This document shows, one piece after another, positions 1-12,177 of a stretch of DNA of 64,000 nucleotides. Source of the stretch: Eledone cirrhosa. Its lineage: Eukaryota. The DNA lies in the NCBI GenBank assembly GCA_964016885.1, contig OZ024760.1:20832001-20896000 (forward strand), read 5' to 3'. Under the pieces are notes generated by a model. It saw only the letters and a list, made by a program, of their open reading frames with translations, was not told where the DNA came from and ran no database searches. Position 1 is the first letter of the stretch, and each line of letters starts with the position of its first letter. The translations under genes and the position numbers were made by a program.

Positions 1-109
1 GCAATAGTACTGTGGAGACCAGACAATAAAGAAATGGTGACTTTGGAATGGACATCCATTTGGCGAATTTCATGTTGGTTGGAAAAAAGAAGATAGACTG
101 GGTCTATAT
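1..109 (-). CDS. LRP1: LRP1-like exon: start of beta-propeller 3 (truncated by the window edge)
   Basis: ccacag|AT ATA GAC...; DIDPVYLLFSNQHEIRQMDVHSKVTISLLSGLHSTI, resembling LRP1 IIFSNRHEIRRIDL...GLRNTIAL. Confidence 0.92.
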
Positions 110-690
110 CTGTGGATATAATAATAAATATATAGAAATATGTCATTATTGAGAGATGGAAGAGGTGGCAGGCATATAGACACATAGAGACAGACACACA
201 GACAGACATACAGACAGATATATTGGCAGACACATAGATAGACAGACAGACAGACAGAAATGTGTTGTTGATAAATCCTTTATAGAGCTTATACTATTGG
301 ATTTAAATAAACAAATTCATTTAATAAATTAAGATAAATTAATTAAACATTTTTTTTGTAATTAATAACATTTTCAAAATTAATGAAATTCAAAAAATAA
401 ATTAAGAGAATTTAAAAAGAATATAATTATTAATAAATAAAATTTTCAAAATAAATAAATGTATTAATGAATAAAATTAAAAAAATATATTTATTAATAA
501 ATAAAATTAAAATAAATTTATTAATAAATAAAATATATAAAATTATTAATTTTTTAAAATGGAATTATTTTTCAAAGTTTTTTTTTTAATGACTGTCACA
601 AGCTTTTATTCTTTCATGTAATTTTAATTTTTTTTAAATGACTGTCAAAATATTTTTTTCCTCAAGTTTCTAAAACCTGAAAAAACTTAC

Positions 691-819
691 CATCAGGTAT
701 ACAGGTACTTCTATCAGGACTAAAAGAATATCCAGGAAAACAGGAACATTTGAAGGACTTTTCAGGACCAGTGGTACAATTCTGGCTACAGAGACCCCAT
801 TGGTCACAAATATTTAATT
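691..819 (-). CDS. LRP1: LRP1-like exon: EGF
   Basis: 129 nt, phase 1-1; LNICDQWGLCSQNCTTGPEKSFKCSCFPGYSFSPDRSTCIPD. Confidence 0.93.
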
Positions 820-1347
820 CTAGTTAAAATAACAAACAACAAAATAATTAATTAATTAAAGTTTAAGACAACAATCTCCAATTAAATTATATGTTTGCAA
901 TAAAAAAGAAAATAACTTAATGAAAGGGAAATGGAGGAGGGAGGGGGGGGGGGGGGGGTTAGTAGACTCTAGACCCCAGTTGAGGTGGAATATTGCAGTT
1001 GCACACTGCAGACAAAATGGCATTGCTGTGGAGAACAGCCAGCAATACCCACTACATCATCCACCTTCAAAAAGATTCCTTCTTCCGACGGGATGCAAGT
1101 GCAAGCCCAGCGAGTGGAAGTTCATTGCTCCAGTGTGTCACCCTTTCAGTCCTCTTCTACATCTTGTTGGCCGGGACTACGAGGTAGACTGTCCTTAAAC
1201 TTTCATTTATGGTGGTGGTGGTATGTGGAATGAATTTACTTGCATTAAGTCTACTCCTTAAGGTATTTACTGTACCTCTTGTTAGTCATCAGTTACACTA
1301 CAGTCACACACTAACTACAGCTACTGTAACAGCAATATTAATAAAAA

Positions 1348-1535
1348 GGGCGGTGGATTGGCAGTATCGGTAGAGGGTCGGACGCCATGCTTTCCAGCAT
1401 AGTTACGTCTCTTTACGATCTGAGTTCAAATCCCGCCGAGGTTGACTTTGCCTTTCATCCTTACGGGGTCGATAAAATAAAGTACCAGTAATGTACTGAA
1501 TAATTGCTGGCCCTGTGCCAAAAGTAGAAACAAAT
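1348..1535 (+). mobile_element. tRNA-derived SINE family B (about 190 bp; Meta-domain-like core)
   Basis: GGCGGTGGATTGGCAG head, B box GAGTTCAAATCC, GCCTTTCATCCTTACGGGGTCGATAAAATAAAGTACCAG core; further copies near 1735-, 2055+, 3620-, 12215-, 22302+, 26337+, 26665-, 31010+, 33115-, 36465+, 36610+, 36945+, 37170+, 37725-, 38112-, 41330-, 45748-, 51043+. Confidence 0.88.
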
Positions 1536-2269
1536 ATTAATAAAATGTAGATAAAAATAATATAACAATTTTGAAAACATAGTAGCTGTGATACAGATAA
1601 CTACTATAATAGTTGATAACCACAAAGCTTGGCTTCAGCAGGATTACAAGCCAAAACAATGTATATTATATTGTGTGTGCACTTACAATTTTCCCCCTCC
1701 AACAACAACAACAACAACAATAAAAATAATAATAATGGTTTCTGATTTAGGCACAAGGCCAGCAATTTTGGGGGAGAGGAAAGTCTATCAAATCCATCCC
1801 AGTGCGTTACTGGTACTTTATTTTATTGACTCCATAAAGATGAAAGGCAAAGCTAACCCCCTGCAGAATTCGAACTCAGCAAGTAAAGGACCAGATATAT
1901 ATTTATGTATAATAAGAAAGACATTGATAATAGTGAGGTTAAAATATTGTGATATTATATATGACAATATGACAAGTTTGGGGATCTCAGACAGGAAGTT
2001 GAGACATTATGGCAAAGGATAAAAAGTAGAAATATTGTCTGGAGTAGTGAGAAGGGCGGTGAATTGGCAGTATCAGTAGAGAGTTGGACGCCATGCTTTA
2101 TAGCATAGTTACGTCCCTTTACGGTTTGAGTTCAAATCCCGCTGAGATTAACTTTGCCTTTCATCCTTACGGGATCGATAAAATAAAGTACCAGTAATGT
2201 ACTGGGTAATTGCTGCCCTTGTGCCAAAAGTAGAAACAATTATATATGACAATATAATTGAATCAACGC

Positions 2270-2556
2270 AGTCAGACATAGTAATTGTTAACAAGATAAC
2301 GAAACATTGTATTATAATATTATAGAGCCTGGTGACAATAGAGGGGATGAAAAAGAGGAGGAGAAGATAAACTAGTTTGGGGATCTCAAACAGGAAGTTG
2401 TGACATTATGGCAAAGGATAAAAAGTAGAAAAGTGCCTGGAGAAGTTAGAACGGCGTTAAGGGGATTGGATTGTGAAGCTTGGAATAGAAATAAAAACAC
2501 ACTACAAAAGACACCTTTGTTAGGAACAGCAAGAATTTTGAGAATAGTCTTAGACT
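2270..2556 (+). mobile_element. Degenerate R4/Dong-type (restriction-like endonuclease) LINE 3' end
   Basis: Frameshifted DIVIVNK..PGDNR..EKEEEKI..DLKQEV..LW..LQKTPLLGTARILRIVLD; partial duplicate at about 1890-2050. Confidence 0.65.
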
Positions 2557-2747
2557 TTTTTCTTTTCTAATAAATAATATTTTATTTCAAAATACTCAAA
2601 TATATTTTAAGGATAAAATTACATAAAAATAATAAAGAATTCAATATTTAGTTAAACATAAAAAAAAGAAAGTAGCACTAGAAAGGACTATATATGCTAT
2701 GAGAGGAAAAGAAGGGAAAGAGCAAGGATTATAAGGCAACAAAAGAG

Positions 2748-3447
2748 AGAAGGGATGAGGGTGACAGACTCTACACCTAAGGAGAAGGGACGAGGGTGAC
2801 AGACTCTAGATCTAAGTAGAAGGGACGAGGGTGACAGACTCTAGATCTAAGGAGAAGGGACGAGGGTGACAGACTCTACACCTGAGTAGAAGGGAGGAGG
2901 GTGACAGACTCTAGATCTAAGGAGAAGGGACGAGGGTGACAGACTCTACACCTGAGTAGAAGGGAGGAGGGTGACAGACTCTAGATCTAAGGAGAAGGGA
3001 CGAGGGTGACATACTCTACACCTAAGGAGAAGGGACGAGGGTGACAGACTCTACACCTGAGTAGAAGGGATGAGGGTGGCAGACTCTACACCTAAGTAGA
3101 AGGGAGGAGGGTGACAGACTCTACACCTAAGTAGAAGGGAGGAGGGTGACAGACTCTACACCTAAGTAGAAGGGAGGAGGGTGACAGACTCTACACCTAA
3201 GTAGAAGGGAGGAGGGTGACAGACTCTACACCTAAGTAGAAGGGAGGAGGGTGACAGACTCTACACCTAAGTAGAAGGGAGGAGGGTGACAGACTCTACA
3301 CCTAAGTAGAAGGGAGGAGGGTGACAGACTCTACACCTAAGTAGAAGGGAGGAGGGTGACAGACTCTACACCTAAGTAGAAGGGAGGAGGGTGACAGACT
3401 CTACACCTAAGTAGAAGGGAGGAGGGTGATAGACTCTACACCTAAGT
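2748..3447. repeat. 35-bp tandem array, about 20 copies
   Basis: AGAAGGGAGGAGGGTGACAGACTCTACACCTAAGT. Confidence 0.95.
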
Positions 3448-3544
3448 CAGAGCGGTAAATTTGAAGGAATATTTGAAATTTCTGGTCATTTGTTATGATC
3501 CTCTTCCAAAGCTGAAATTCAAGAGATAATCTAAACAATAATAA

Positions 3545-4012
3545 AGTAAGAAGTGCGGGACTGCGTACAGTTTATATTTTTTTATCCCATTAATAAAATA
3601 AGTTGGATTACTTTGAATAAATAATTGTTTCTACTTTAGGCACAAGGCCAGCAATTACCCAGTGTATTACTGGTACTTTATTTTATCGACCCCGTAAGGA
3701 TGAAAGGCAAAGTCAACCTCGGCGGGATTTGAATAAATAATGAATGAATATTACATAATTTATTTACTAAATTAAATATATTTTGTTTATTTAAAGATTC
3801 ACTTCTTTAAAATTTCTGAAATGTCAACACTTCCGGTTGGCCATCGCTTAAATAAACATATCAATTTTCTGTCATTAATTTTCTCCTAATGCAGTTTATA
3901 TATAATATCGTCTTTTTTAATGTATCGTGGATTACGTTACTGACTAAATAACACAGTATAACGCAGTCTTTGTTCAATTTCTATGTATTATATATTGTCA
4001 ATTACGATTTTA
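3545..4012. repeat. Unclassified dispersed repeat (about 360 bp), second copy at 47708-48068
   Basis: Collinear high similarity; this copy is interrupted by a truncated SINE B flanked by the duplication TTTGAATAAATAAT. Confidence 0.8.
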
Positions 4013-4123
4013 TTTGATATATATACCTGCGTATAATATCAATATACACACTACACATACTAGCAGAAAACCACCCGACGGCTGGTTTTTCTGCTAGTAA
4101 TAATAATAAGTGAAGTAATTTAC

Positions 4124-4240
4124 CTGTGCATGTTTTCAAATCAGGAAGTAGTTTCTTGTGTGATGGACATAGGCAAATGAAACCAGTTGGTGACTGGGCA
4201 CAGGTGTGACTACACACACCTGCAGCACATTCATCTATAA
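4124..4240 (-). CDS. LRP1: LRP1-like exon: EGF
   Basis: 117 nt, phase 1-1 (an in-frame alternative acceptor 6 nt downstream is possible); DECAAGVCSHTCAQSPTGFICLCPSHKKLLPDLKTCT. Confidence 0.9.
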
Positions 4241-4318
4241 CTGAGGAGAATATCATAGAAGTAAGAAATATAGGCATGGTATGAAACATACATGCAGAAA
4301 CCACAAGGCATCACGTTT

Positions 4319-4384
<66 letters not shown>

Positions 4385-4467
4385 CATACACACTAGCTGA
4401 ATAATCCCTCTTTGCCTAGGTTACTGCTGTTTTTAGTCAGATTAGTAAACAATAAATATGAAGATAT

Positions 4468-4804
4468 GGAGGCACATGGCTTAGTGGTTAGAGCATTGGG
4501 CTTGCAATCGAAAGGTTGTGAGTTCAATTCTCAGACCGGGTGATGTGTTGTTTCTTTGAGCAAGACACTTTATTTCACATTGATCCAGTTTACTCAGCTG
4601 TAGAAACGAGATGATAGGGACTGGGGTCCCTATCATTCCACTGCAAAGTGGTCGTGGAGGTGCCACGGCAAAAAAGCACCCAGCACTCACTGTAAATGAG
4701 GTTGGTGTTAGGAAGGGCATCCAGCTGTAGAAATCAAGCCAAAATCAGTTCCCGTCCCACCCTTGCAAGCAGGGAAAAAGCGGACGTAAAATGATGATGA
4801 TGAT
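4468..4804 (+). mobile_element. tRNA-derived SINE family A (about 335 bp; cephalopod-type central domain, RTE-like tail)
   Basis: A box TGGCTTAGTGG, B box GAGTTCAATTC, GGTTGGTGTTAGGAAGGGCATCCAGCTGTAGAAA domain, (GAT)n tail; 11 near-identical copies in the window. Confidence 0.9.
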
Positions 4805-5137
4805 ATGTTTTTTTTCTTTCTCATAATTATTTCAAAATATCTATATTTTATAAAACAAATATCAAAATTGTAATGATAATAGAATTTAGAAATGAAAATC
4901 TGTCAATCTTGAAGCACCTTAGGGTAAACAATATTCATTGTGTAATTCAGGTATGTGTAGATGTGTGTATATTTAATAATGTACCTAATGAACGCGCAAA
5001 CATACACACACTCACAGCCACATACATATTCATAGACAAAATGTGACGTGGTGGTGGTGGTGGTGTTTTACTATAGTTGACTAAAGAAAATATCGTTAAG
5101 TCAGTCAACACACATACACATACTAAGAGAGACACAA

Positions 5138-5430
5138 ACATCTTCCCTCCACTGGGACTTCTTGGCACTTCTTTACCCAGCGGTCATCCTCCATGCGCAT
5201 CACATGTCCATACCATCTCAGTCTTCTCTCCCACACACCACAACTTATCCCTCTTATACACAGTTTCTCTCTCAACTCATCTACGCTTGGTTGTTCACGT
5301 ACATTGACAACATTGCACATCCAACGGAGCATGCTTGCTTCTTTTCTATCCAGCCGTCGCATATCCTCTGCAGTTGGTGCCCATGTCTCACTACCATGCA
5401 GCATTGCGCACCTCACACAGGCATCATATA
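5138..5430 (-). mobile_element. RTE LINE ORF fragment
   Basis: MLHGSETWA...LREKLCIRGISCGVWERRLRWYGHVMRMEDDRWVKKC. Confidence 0.85.
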
Positions 5431-5491
5431 TGTGTGTGAGTGTGCATATGTGTGTATGTGAATGTATGTGTGTGTGAGTGTGTATACTTAC

Positions 5492-5620
5492 TACATTGTC
5501 CTCCTTCGTCTGATTTGTCAAGACAGTCGTATATGCCATTACACAACTTGTCCGGTGTAAGACATGTCAGGGAGTCATTATCACATGTTCTGTTAGGGAA
5601 CTGGCATGGTGTATTAAAGG
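5492..5620 (-). CDS. LRP1: LRP1-like exon: CR10
   Basis: 129 nt, phase 1-1; CQFPNRTCDNDSLTCLTPDKLCNGIYDCLDKSDEGGQC; eighth consecutive LDLa, matching LRP1 cluster II. Confidence 0.94.
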
Positions 5621-5672
5621 CTGTGAAGAAGACAGGAGACCTCATTACTCTCTTACTCACCCAATCAGATTA

Positions 5673-5723
<51 letters not shown>

Positions 5724-5988
5724 ACTGAATATAAGATCAAATACTGTTAATTATATCATATTTTAATTAATCCATGTTTCTTCCATCTTGCAGGATATAT
5801 ACTAAATTATTAGTTAATTATATAATCCAATAATTGGATTCATCAGAATTAATAAAACATATAAACAATATTATTACCTTGTATTTGAAAACTTACTCTA
5901 TATTATATATATATATGGAGGCACAAACTTACTCTATATTATATATATATATGGAGGCACAAACTTACTCTATATTATATATATACAT

Positions 5989-6310
5989 GGAGGCACATGG
6001 CTTAGTGGTTAGAGCATTGGCCTTGCAATCGAAAGGTTGTGAGTTCAATTCTCAGACCGGGTGATGTGTTGTTTCCTTGAGCAAGACACTTTATTTCACA
6101 TTGCTCCAGTTTACTCAGCTGTAGAAATGAGATGATAGGGACTGGGGTCCCCATCATTCCACTGCAAAGTGGTCGTGGAGGTGCCACGGCAAAAAAGCAC
6201 CCAGCACTCACTGTAAATGAGGTTGGTGTTAGGAAGGGCATCCAGCTGTAGAAATCAAGCCAGAATCAGTTCCTGTCCCACCCTTGCAAGCAGGGAAAAG
6301 TGGACGTAAA

Positions 6311-6341
<31 letters not shown>
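5989..6341 (+). mobile_element. SINE family A copy
   Basis: Near-identical to 4468-4804. Confidence 0.9.
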
Positions 6342-6394
<53 letters not shown>

Positions 6395-6463
6395 TGATTT
6401 AAAATATGTTGATTTAAAACTGAACTATCCACAAGTGTTTTTAACCTTCATATCATGTCTTCC

Positions 6464-6534
6464 TATTTTATCTGATGAAAACACAAATGTTATTGCATGA
6501 TGATATTTGTTTTTGAAATGCGCATAATAAAATA
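6464..6534 (+). ncRNA. Minimal type-I hammerhead ribozyme, intact core
   Basis: TATTTTAT-CTGATGA-[long stem II]-GAAA-TGCGCA-TA-ATAAAATA; 8-bp stem I, palindromic stem III ATGCGCAT. Confidence 0.8.
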
Positions 6535-6657
6535 CATGGAACTCTTTTAACCATCTTTTGATCTTATATATTATGTATACTCCAGTCCTACAAACTGTAG
6601 AGTGCTTCTTATCCGATATCTGCATTGCTTTATTGTACTACAATAAAACTCACCTCC

Positions 6658-6699
<42 letters not shown>

Positions 6700-6700
6700 A

Positions 6701-7228
6701 CGGAGTAGGCAGACCCAGAAAAACATGGGACGAGCTGATAAATTCCGACCTCACACGCTTACACCTCTCCAAGACAATGTCACTGGACCGAGACCTTTGG
6801 CGGTACTCAGTAATAGAGAAGACCCGCCTTACCTAAATACAAAGTAAAAACCTACTACAGTCAGTAGGCATCTCTATCAAAACACACCCCCGTCCCACCA
6901 CCTCCACCCCATCCACACCGCCCCTTTCAATGTAAAGTTATGTTGGTCCCACAACATCCAGGCCGAAACAAATGAGATCGTGTAGGTGTCACGACAAAAA
7001 AACACACAGTCCACGCTGTAAATGTGGCCGTGTAGGCAACACGGTAAAAACCTCCCAGCCCCACACTGTAAATGTGGTTGGTGTTAGGAAGGGCATCCAA
7101 CTGTAGAAAACCCGCCAGACAGTCCTATGCGAGCAAGACAACCACTCTTGCCTCAAGTGGGAAAACCCTCGTCCAAACCCATGCAAGCGTGGAGCACGGA
7201 CGCTAAACCTGATGATGATGATGATGAT
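6701..7228 (+). mobile_element. 5'-truncated RTE-like LINE 3' end with a SINE-A-type domain in its 3' UTR
   Basis: GVGRPRKTWDELINSDLTRLHLSKTMSLDRDLWRYSVIEKTRLT*, then UTR and (GAT)n; other copies at 23870-24295, 28465-29152, 55911-56343 and related 53220-53740 (-). Confidence 0.8.
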
Positions 7229-7336
7229 ACAACATAAATAACAATAGTTCATACAAGATATTTTTATAGAGTAAATTATGAAGTTGTTATGTAAGACATT
7301 GTTAAACATCTGTAAATTGTTATGTGTAATACTTAC

Positions 7337-7456
7337 GGCAGTTCTTTTCATCTGATTGGTCAAGACAATCATTGATATGGTCACATACCCACTTCTGAAT
7401 AATACACTGGTTTTTACTGCACTGAAAGAATTCCGGAGCACAGCCACCTTTTGAAC
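7337..7456 (-). CDS. LRP1: LRP1-like exon: CR9
   Basis: 120 nt, phase 1-1; CAPEFFQCSKNQCIIQKWVCDHINDCLDQSDEKNC. Confidence 0.94.
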
Positions 7457-8392
7457 CTAGTCAACGATAAAATAGTATTTTCAACAAAACATAGCATCCT
7501 TGTAGTTAGACATTTCTAAACAGTCTTTCTCATTAGTTTTTTAAATTTTCAATCTGCCTGAAAAGACCCTGGTTTCATAATACAAAACTGTTTTTATTTA
7601 AAAAAAAAACCTTCCATCATAATTTTATGTAAGAACCTTTGTTAAGTTATGTTCCAAACACCAGCTTAAGAATGTTAGTTGTCCATGCCCTTTGCAAGCC
7701 CTCCATGATATCTCACATAAATTGTGGCAAGTCAACAGCTGTAACATGTAGGAAAGCCATGAGCAGGGATGCCATGTGGCTTAGTGGTTAGAGAATTGGA
7801 TTTACAAACATGAGGTAGTAAGTTTGATTCCTGGACTGGGCAATGGGTTATGTCCTTGAGCAAGACACTTCATTTTACGTTGCTCCTTCTGCCACGAGTT
7901 GCGACTGGTAGATAGTAGCAGCTATGGAAAAACCAATGGAAACATTGTTTCCTCGGTCCGATTTAATGAGTTCCACCCCACTCAGTGAGCAAATAAGGTC
8001 TGGGATTTTGACCATTAATTCAAGGGAGGGAATATGGTAAGACATTTATTAACGGAATCTAATAATTACAAAGGGTTGATGACCTCCTCAAAGTCAATGG
8101 CCATTCACCCCCAACTAAAATAGTTGAGGGTTAAATAGCCTCACCAACCCACAATTTGCCAAGTGTGGTGAGTATGGTTACACCCCCTGACATGACCAAA
8201 ACCAAACAGAGTGGGATTCCTCCAAAAGGAGTGAGAAGACCACCAGGGAGGGGTTCCCCCATCAGGAGTGAGGAGACCACCAGGGAGGGGTTCCCCCATC
8301 AGGAGTGAGGAGACCACCAGGGAGGGGTTCCCCCATCAGGAGAGTGAGAAGACCCAGGATTGGATTGGAATAATTAGAAAATATTAACTTAC

Positions 8393-8515
8393 AGTCAGTT
8401 TCATCAGAGTTATCGTCACAGTCTGGTTCATGGTTACATTTCCAAGCACTTGGAATACACATTCCATTTGAGCGACAGGTAAAATGGTCGTTTGAACAGC
8501 TATGTCTTGTACTAT
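8393..8515 (-). CDS. LRP1: LRP1-like exon: CR8
   Basis: 123 nt, phase 1-1; [35 protein letters not shown](C split by the intron). Confidence 0.93.
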
Positions 8516-9356
8516 CTGCAGGAGATCAAGAATGAAAATATAGGTTAAAAGAATCAAATAATTTCTGGAGGCATTTGAATGATTTGTAATTTGAAATGTT
8601 GGAACCCAAACACATATGACTATAAATAATCATGGCTTTAGAAAATGGTTGGATAACATCAATAAGCTTGGCTGGTCATGCTTAGGGATCCAGCCAGATC
8701 AGTTGGGGGACAGTTGCTTTTGACAGGACCTGCTGGAAGGAGTGTTTGAGGACTCTGCCCCAACGACCATTTCAGGAACAAGTGGGCAAAGAAGAAGGGA
8801 CAGCAAAACAGATATTTTATCCAAATTTCTGCATTTTGATACCAACATTGCAAATAGATAAAAGAATTTGGTTTCAAAATTGTAATGACTCTATAAATTA
8901 AATAACAGTGATTTATTTTATTTATTTAATATTTTTTTAGACACCAAATGAAACAAGAGTGTAAGATTGTAAATTATGAAAGGTAAGAAAATAAGATTAT
9001 AAATTGTAGAAAATGAGGATAGAACATACTAAATTATGAAATGTAAGAAAATATGTGAAACAAGAGTGCCTGTAAGATTGTAAATTGTGAAATGTAAGAA
9101 AATAAGTTTATAAATTGTGAAATATGAAGAAAGAAGAAAGTAACTTATGAAATGTATACAAAAAATGATAGTATATTTTGAAATGCAAGAAGATATATGT
9201 AACAAGAATGAATGTAAGATTTTAAATTGTGAAATAGTTTAGTACAACTGTAAAATCAGCTGACTACATCTGTAAAGACAGCTCACTACATCTGTCGAGA
9301 AACAGACAAAAGATAGCTTAGTACAACTGTAGAGAAATAGTGGAATGACAACTTAC

Positions 9357-9486
9357 TACATCCAAGTTCATCGGAAGCATCTGGACAGTTTGGTGTTCCA
9401 TCACATTGAAAACTGAGGGGGAAACAGAGGCTAGAATTTTTACATTTGAATTCCCGACCTGGTTCACACTGATACTTGCAGCTCAT
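9357..9486 (-). CDS. LRP1: LRP1-like exon: end of CR6 plus CR7
   Basis: 130 nt, phase 0-1; [43 protein letters not shown]. Confidence 0.93.
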
Positions 9487-10082
9487 CTGGAGAAGAAAAA
9501 GATTTGATTAAAAAAATATGATGATATGGAAATAAAGATATAAGATTAATTGACATGGGCCCTAGTCCTAGCTTCTTATTTATTACAGTTCACATCTATG
9601 TCGGTTATGAGGTTATATCTCATAAGTGGTGTCTTGGGTGTTTTAATGACAGAGACCCTAGTCCTATCATTTTATAGTTGTTACAGCTTATACCTATGTA
9701 GGTTTAGCTGACCTCAAACGAGGTTGTATCTCATAGGATGTTTCTTCAGTGTTTTAATAATAAAGGCCCCAGTTCTATGAAGAAGAACGCAAAATGAAAG
9801 AAAATAATGCGTTAACTGATCCAAGAATCAAACCCCTAACCTTGTGAGTTCAACACTGTCACCCACCAGACCATGACCCTTCACAGTGAAATAAAACAAT
9901 TCATCTAATCAAACAGTGGGTGGCTTCACTTAAATAGAGGGAGAGTCTATTATTCATGTAATTTTTAAATAGAGGGAGAGTCTATTATTCATGTAATTGT
10001 TAAGTAGAGGGAGAGTCTATTATTCATGTAATTGTTAAGTAGAGGGAGAATCCATTATAGAAGAGGTGTCAGGTGTACGAAC

Positions 10083-10189
10083 CTCATCTGATCCATCAGT
10101 ACAGTCATTTTCCCTGTCACATCTGTGTTCATAAGGGATACAGCGACCATTGGTACATTGGAAATAGTCAGGTTTACAGGTGGAATAAA
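10083..10189 (-). CDS. LRP1: LRP1-like exon: CR6 (last Cys lies in the next exon)
   Basis: 107 nt, phase 1-0; [35 protein letters not shown]|gttcgt. Confidence 0.9.
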
Positions 10190-10225
10190 CTACAGAGGAA
10201 TAGAGAATAGAAGGTGTTAGATGGT

Positions 10226-10268
<43 letters not shown>

Positions 10269-10858
10269 ACACAAACACAAACACACAAACACATACACAA
10301 ACACTCACATACACACACACATACATACACAAACATACACAAACACACATACATACACACACAAACACACACACAAACACATACACAAACACACATACAT
10401 ACACAAACACATACACAAACACACATACATACACAAACACACACACACACACACACACTCACATACACACACATACATACACAAACACACATACACACAC
10501 TCACATACACACATACACAAACATACACAAACACAAACACACAAACACACAAACACACACTCACATACACACACATACATAAACACACACACAAACACAC
10601 GCAAACAAACACAAACACACACACACACAAACACAAACGCACAAACACGTTTAAATTTGGTGGTTTACCATTGGGTAGAATTGGTCAATCTGCAATATTA
10701 ATCATGACATAATATGAGAAAAGCACTCAACGTTATGTAACTCATACGTCTTCAATGTTGAATCATGTTGGTGGTGCGGCAACAGAGTAAATGTATTATA
10801 AAGTGAAATGACAGGAGGTCAAATATGTTGAATCTCCTTAATTTTTTTATTACACTAA

Positions 10859-10916
10859 ACACTATACACATTTCAGTGGCCAGGTTGCGTATGAACCCGA
10901 TGACCTCATCAGGTGT
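10859..10916 (-). ncRNA. Minimal type-I hammerhead ribozyme (family of 52636)
   Basis: ACAC-CTGATGA-GGTCATCGGGTT..AACCTGGCCACT-GAAAT-GTGT-ATA-GTGT. Confidence 0.62.
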
Positions 10917-11544
10917 AAATTGCATAATAGATGTATACCAACGGAATGATGGTAAGCTTTAAGGAAACAAGCACAGAAAAACAGAGAGGAAAAAGTGTGT
11001 GCTATGTTTTTGACCCAGAGACAGATGTAGTAACATGCTGCCACATTGCTCCGCCGCCTCAGAGAGAAATGTGCATAGTGTTTGCAGAAATAAAAAAATT
11101 AAGGAAATTCAACATACTTGGCCTCCTGTGATTTCACTTTATTATATATATATATATATATAAAAGGCTCCCAGTCCACACTGTAAATGTGGTTGGCGTT
11201 AGGAAGGGCATCCAGCTGTAGAAAACCAGCCAGAAACCAGCCCTATATGAGCGAGACACAGTCACCCGACACAACTTGCCTCAAAAAAAGGATTTGAACT
11301 CAGATCGTAAAGGGACGTAACTATGCTGGAAAGCATGGCGTCCAACCCTCTACCGATACTGCCAATTCACCGCCCATGTGTAATAGTAATGTATGCAAAT
11401 GGCAAAGGTTAAACGAATTGAGAGAGAGAGAGACACTGAGCATAAGAGGTACCAAATGTTGTGTTCTGGAGAGGAGATTGCGTTGGTATGTCCATGTGAT
11501 GCGTATGAAGGACAACAGCTGCATAAAAAAGTGCATACATACAT

Positions 11545-11575
<31 letters not shown>

Positions 11576-11579
11576 CATG

Positions 11580-11632
<53 letters not shown>

Positions 11633-11720
11633 ATATATATATATATATATATATAAGTAGTTCCACAACAGTTAGTTCACCATACCGAAAACAAATGTTT
11701 CACCTTAATTGGATCCTCAG

Positions 11721-11763
11721 ACCGAGCTGAGGATCTGCATGAGGTGAAACAATTGTTCTCGGT
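11721..11763 (+). ncRNA. Hammerhead-like motif at the apex of a fold-back element (weak stem II)
   Basis: ACCGAG-CTGAGGA-TCTGCATGAGGT-GAAAC-AATT-GTT-CTCGGT. Confidence 0.55.
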
Positions 11764-12057
11764 ATGGTGGACTAACTGTTGTGGAACTACTTCTACCAAA
11801 CTCGTCCCATGGACTGAGTCCTCTACTACTACGGATATAACCCTCCAGTGTTCTACTATTATATATATATAGGAAAAGAGCCAGGACGGTCCTAACTCTT
11901 TTCATATTAACCCACTCTACTACCCTAAGTATCAAGTACTCTGGTGTGTTATGGTCCACCTCTACTACACACATGTGTGAGTGTGTTAACCTACTTATCT
12001 CTTCAATTATAATTTGAAGAGTGTTAAAGAGAAGGGGAGATAAGTAAGATAACTTAC

Positions 12058-12177
12058 TGCATTTATCATGTTCGTCCTCACCCCCAGGGCAGTCCTGATC
12101 ATGGTCACACCACCAATTCTCAGGGATACAACGGCCAACAGTGGTACACATTCTGTGGTTTGGAAGACACTCACGAG
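12058..12177 (-). CDS. LRP1: LRP1-like exon: CR5
   Basis: 120 nt, phase 1-1; CLPNHRMCTTVGRCIPENWWCDHDQDCPGGEDEHDKC. Confidence 0.94.

Noticed and set aside
4468-4545. tRNA gene
   Set aside because: It is the tRNA-derived head of a SINE, continuous with the SINE body.
4481-4720. Recurrent 79-aa ORF MPFLTPTSFTVSAGC...
   Set aside because: Antisense reading of SINE A; recurrence reflects copy identity, not a gene family.
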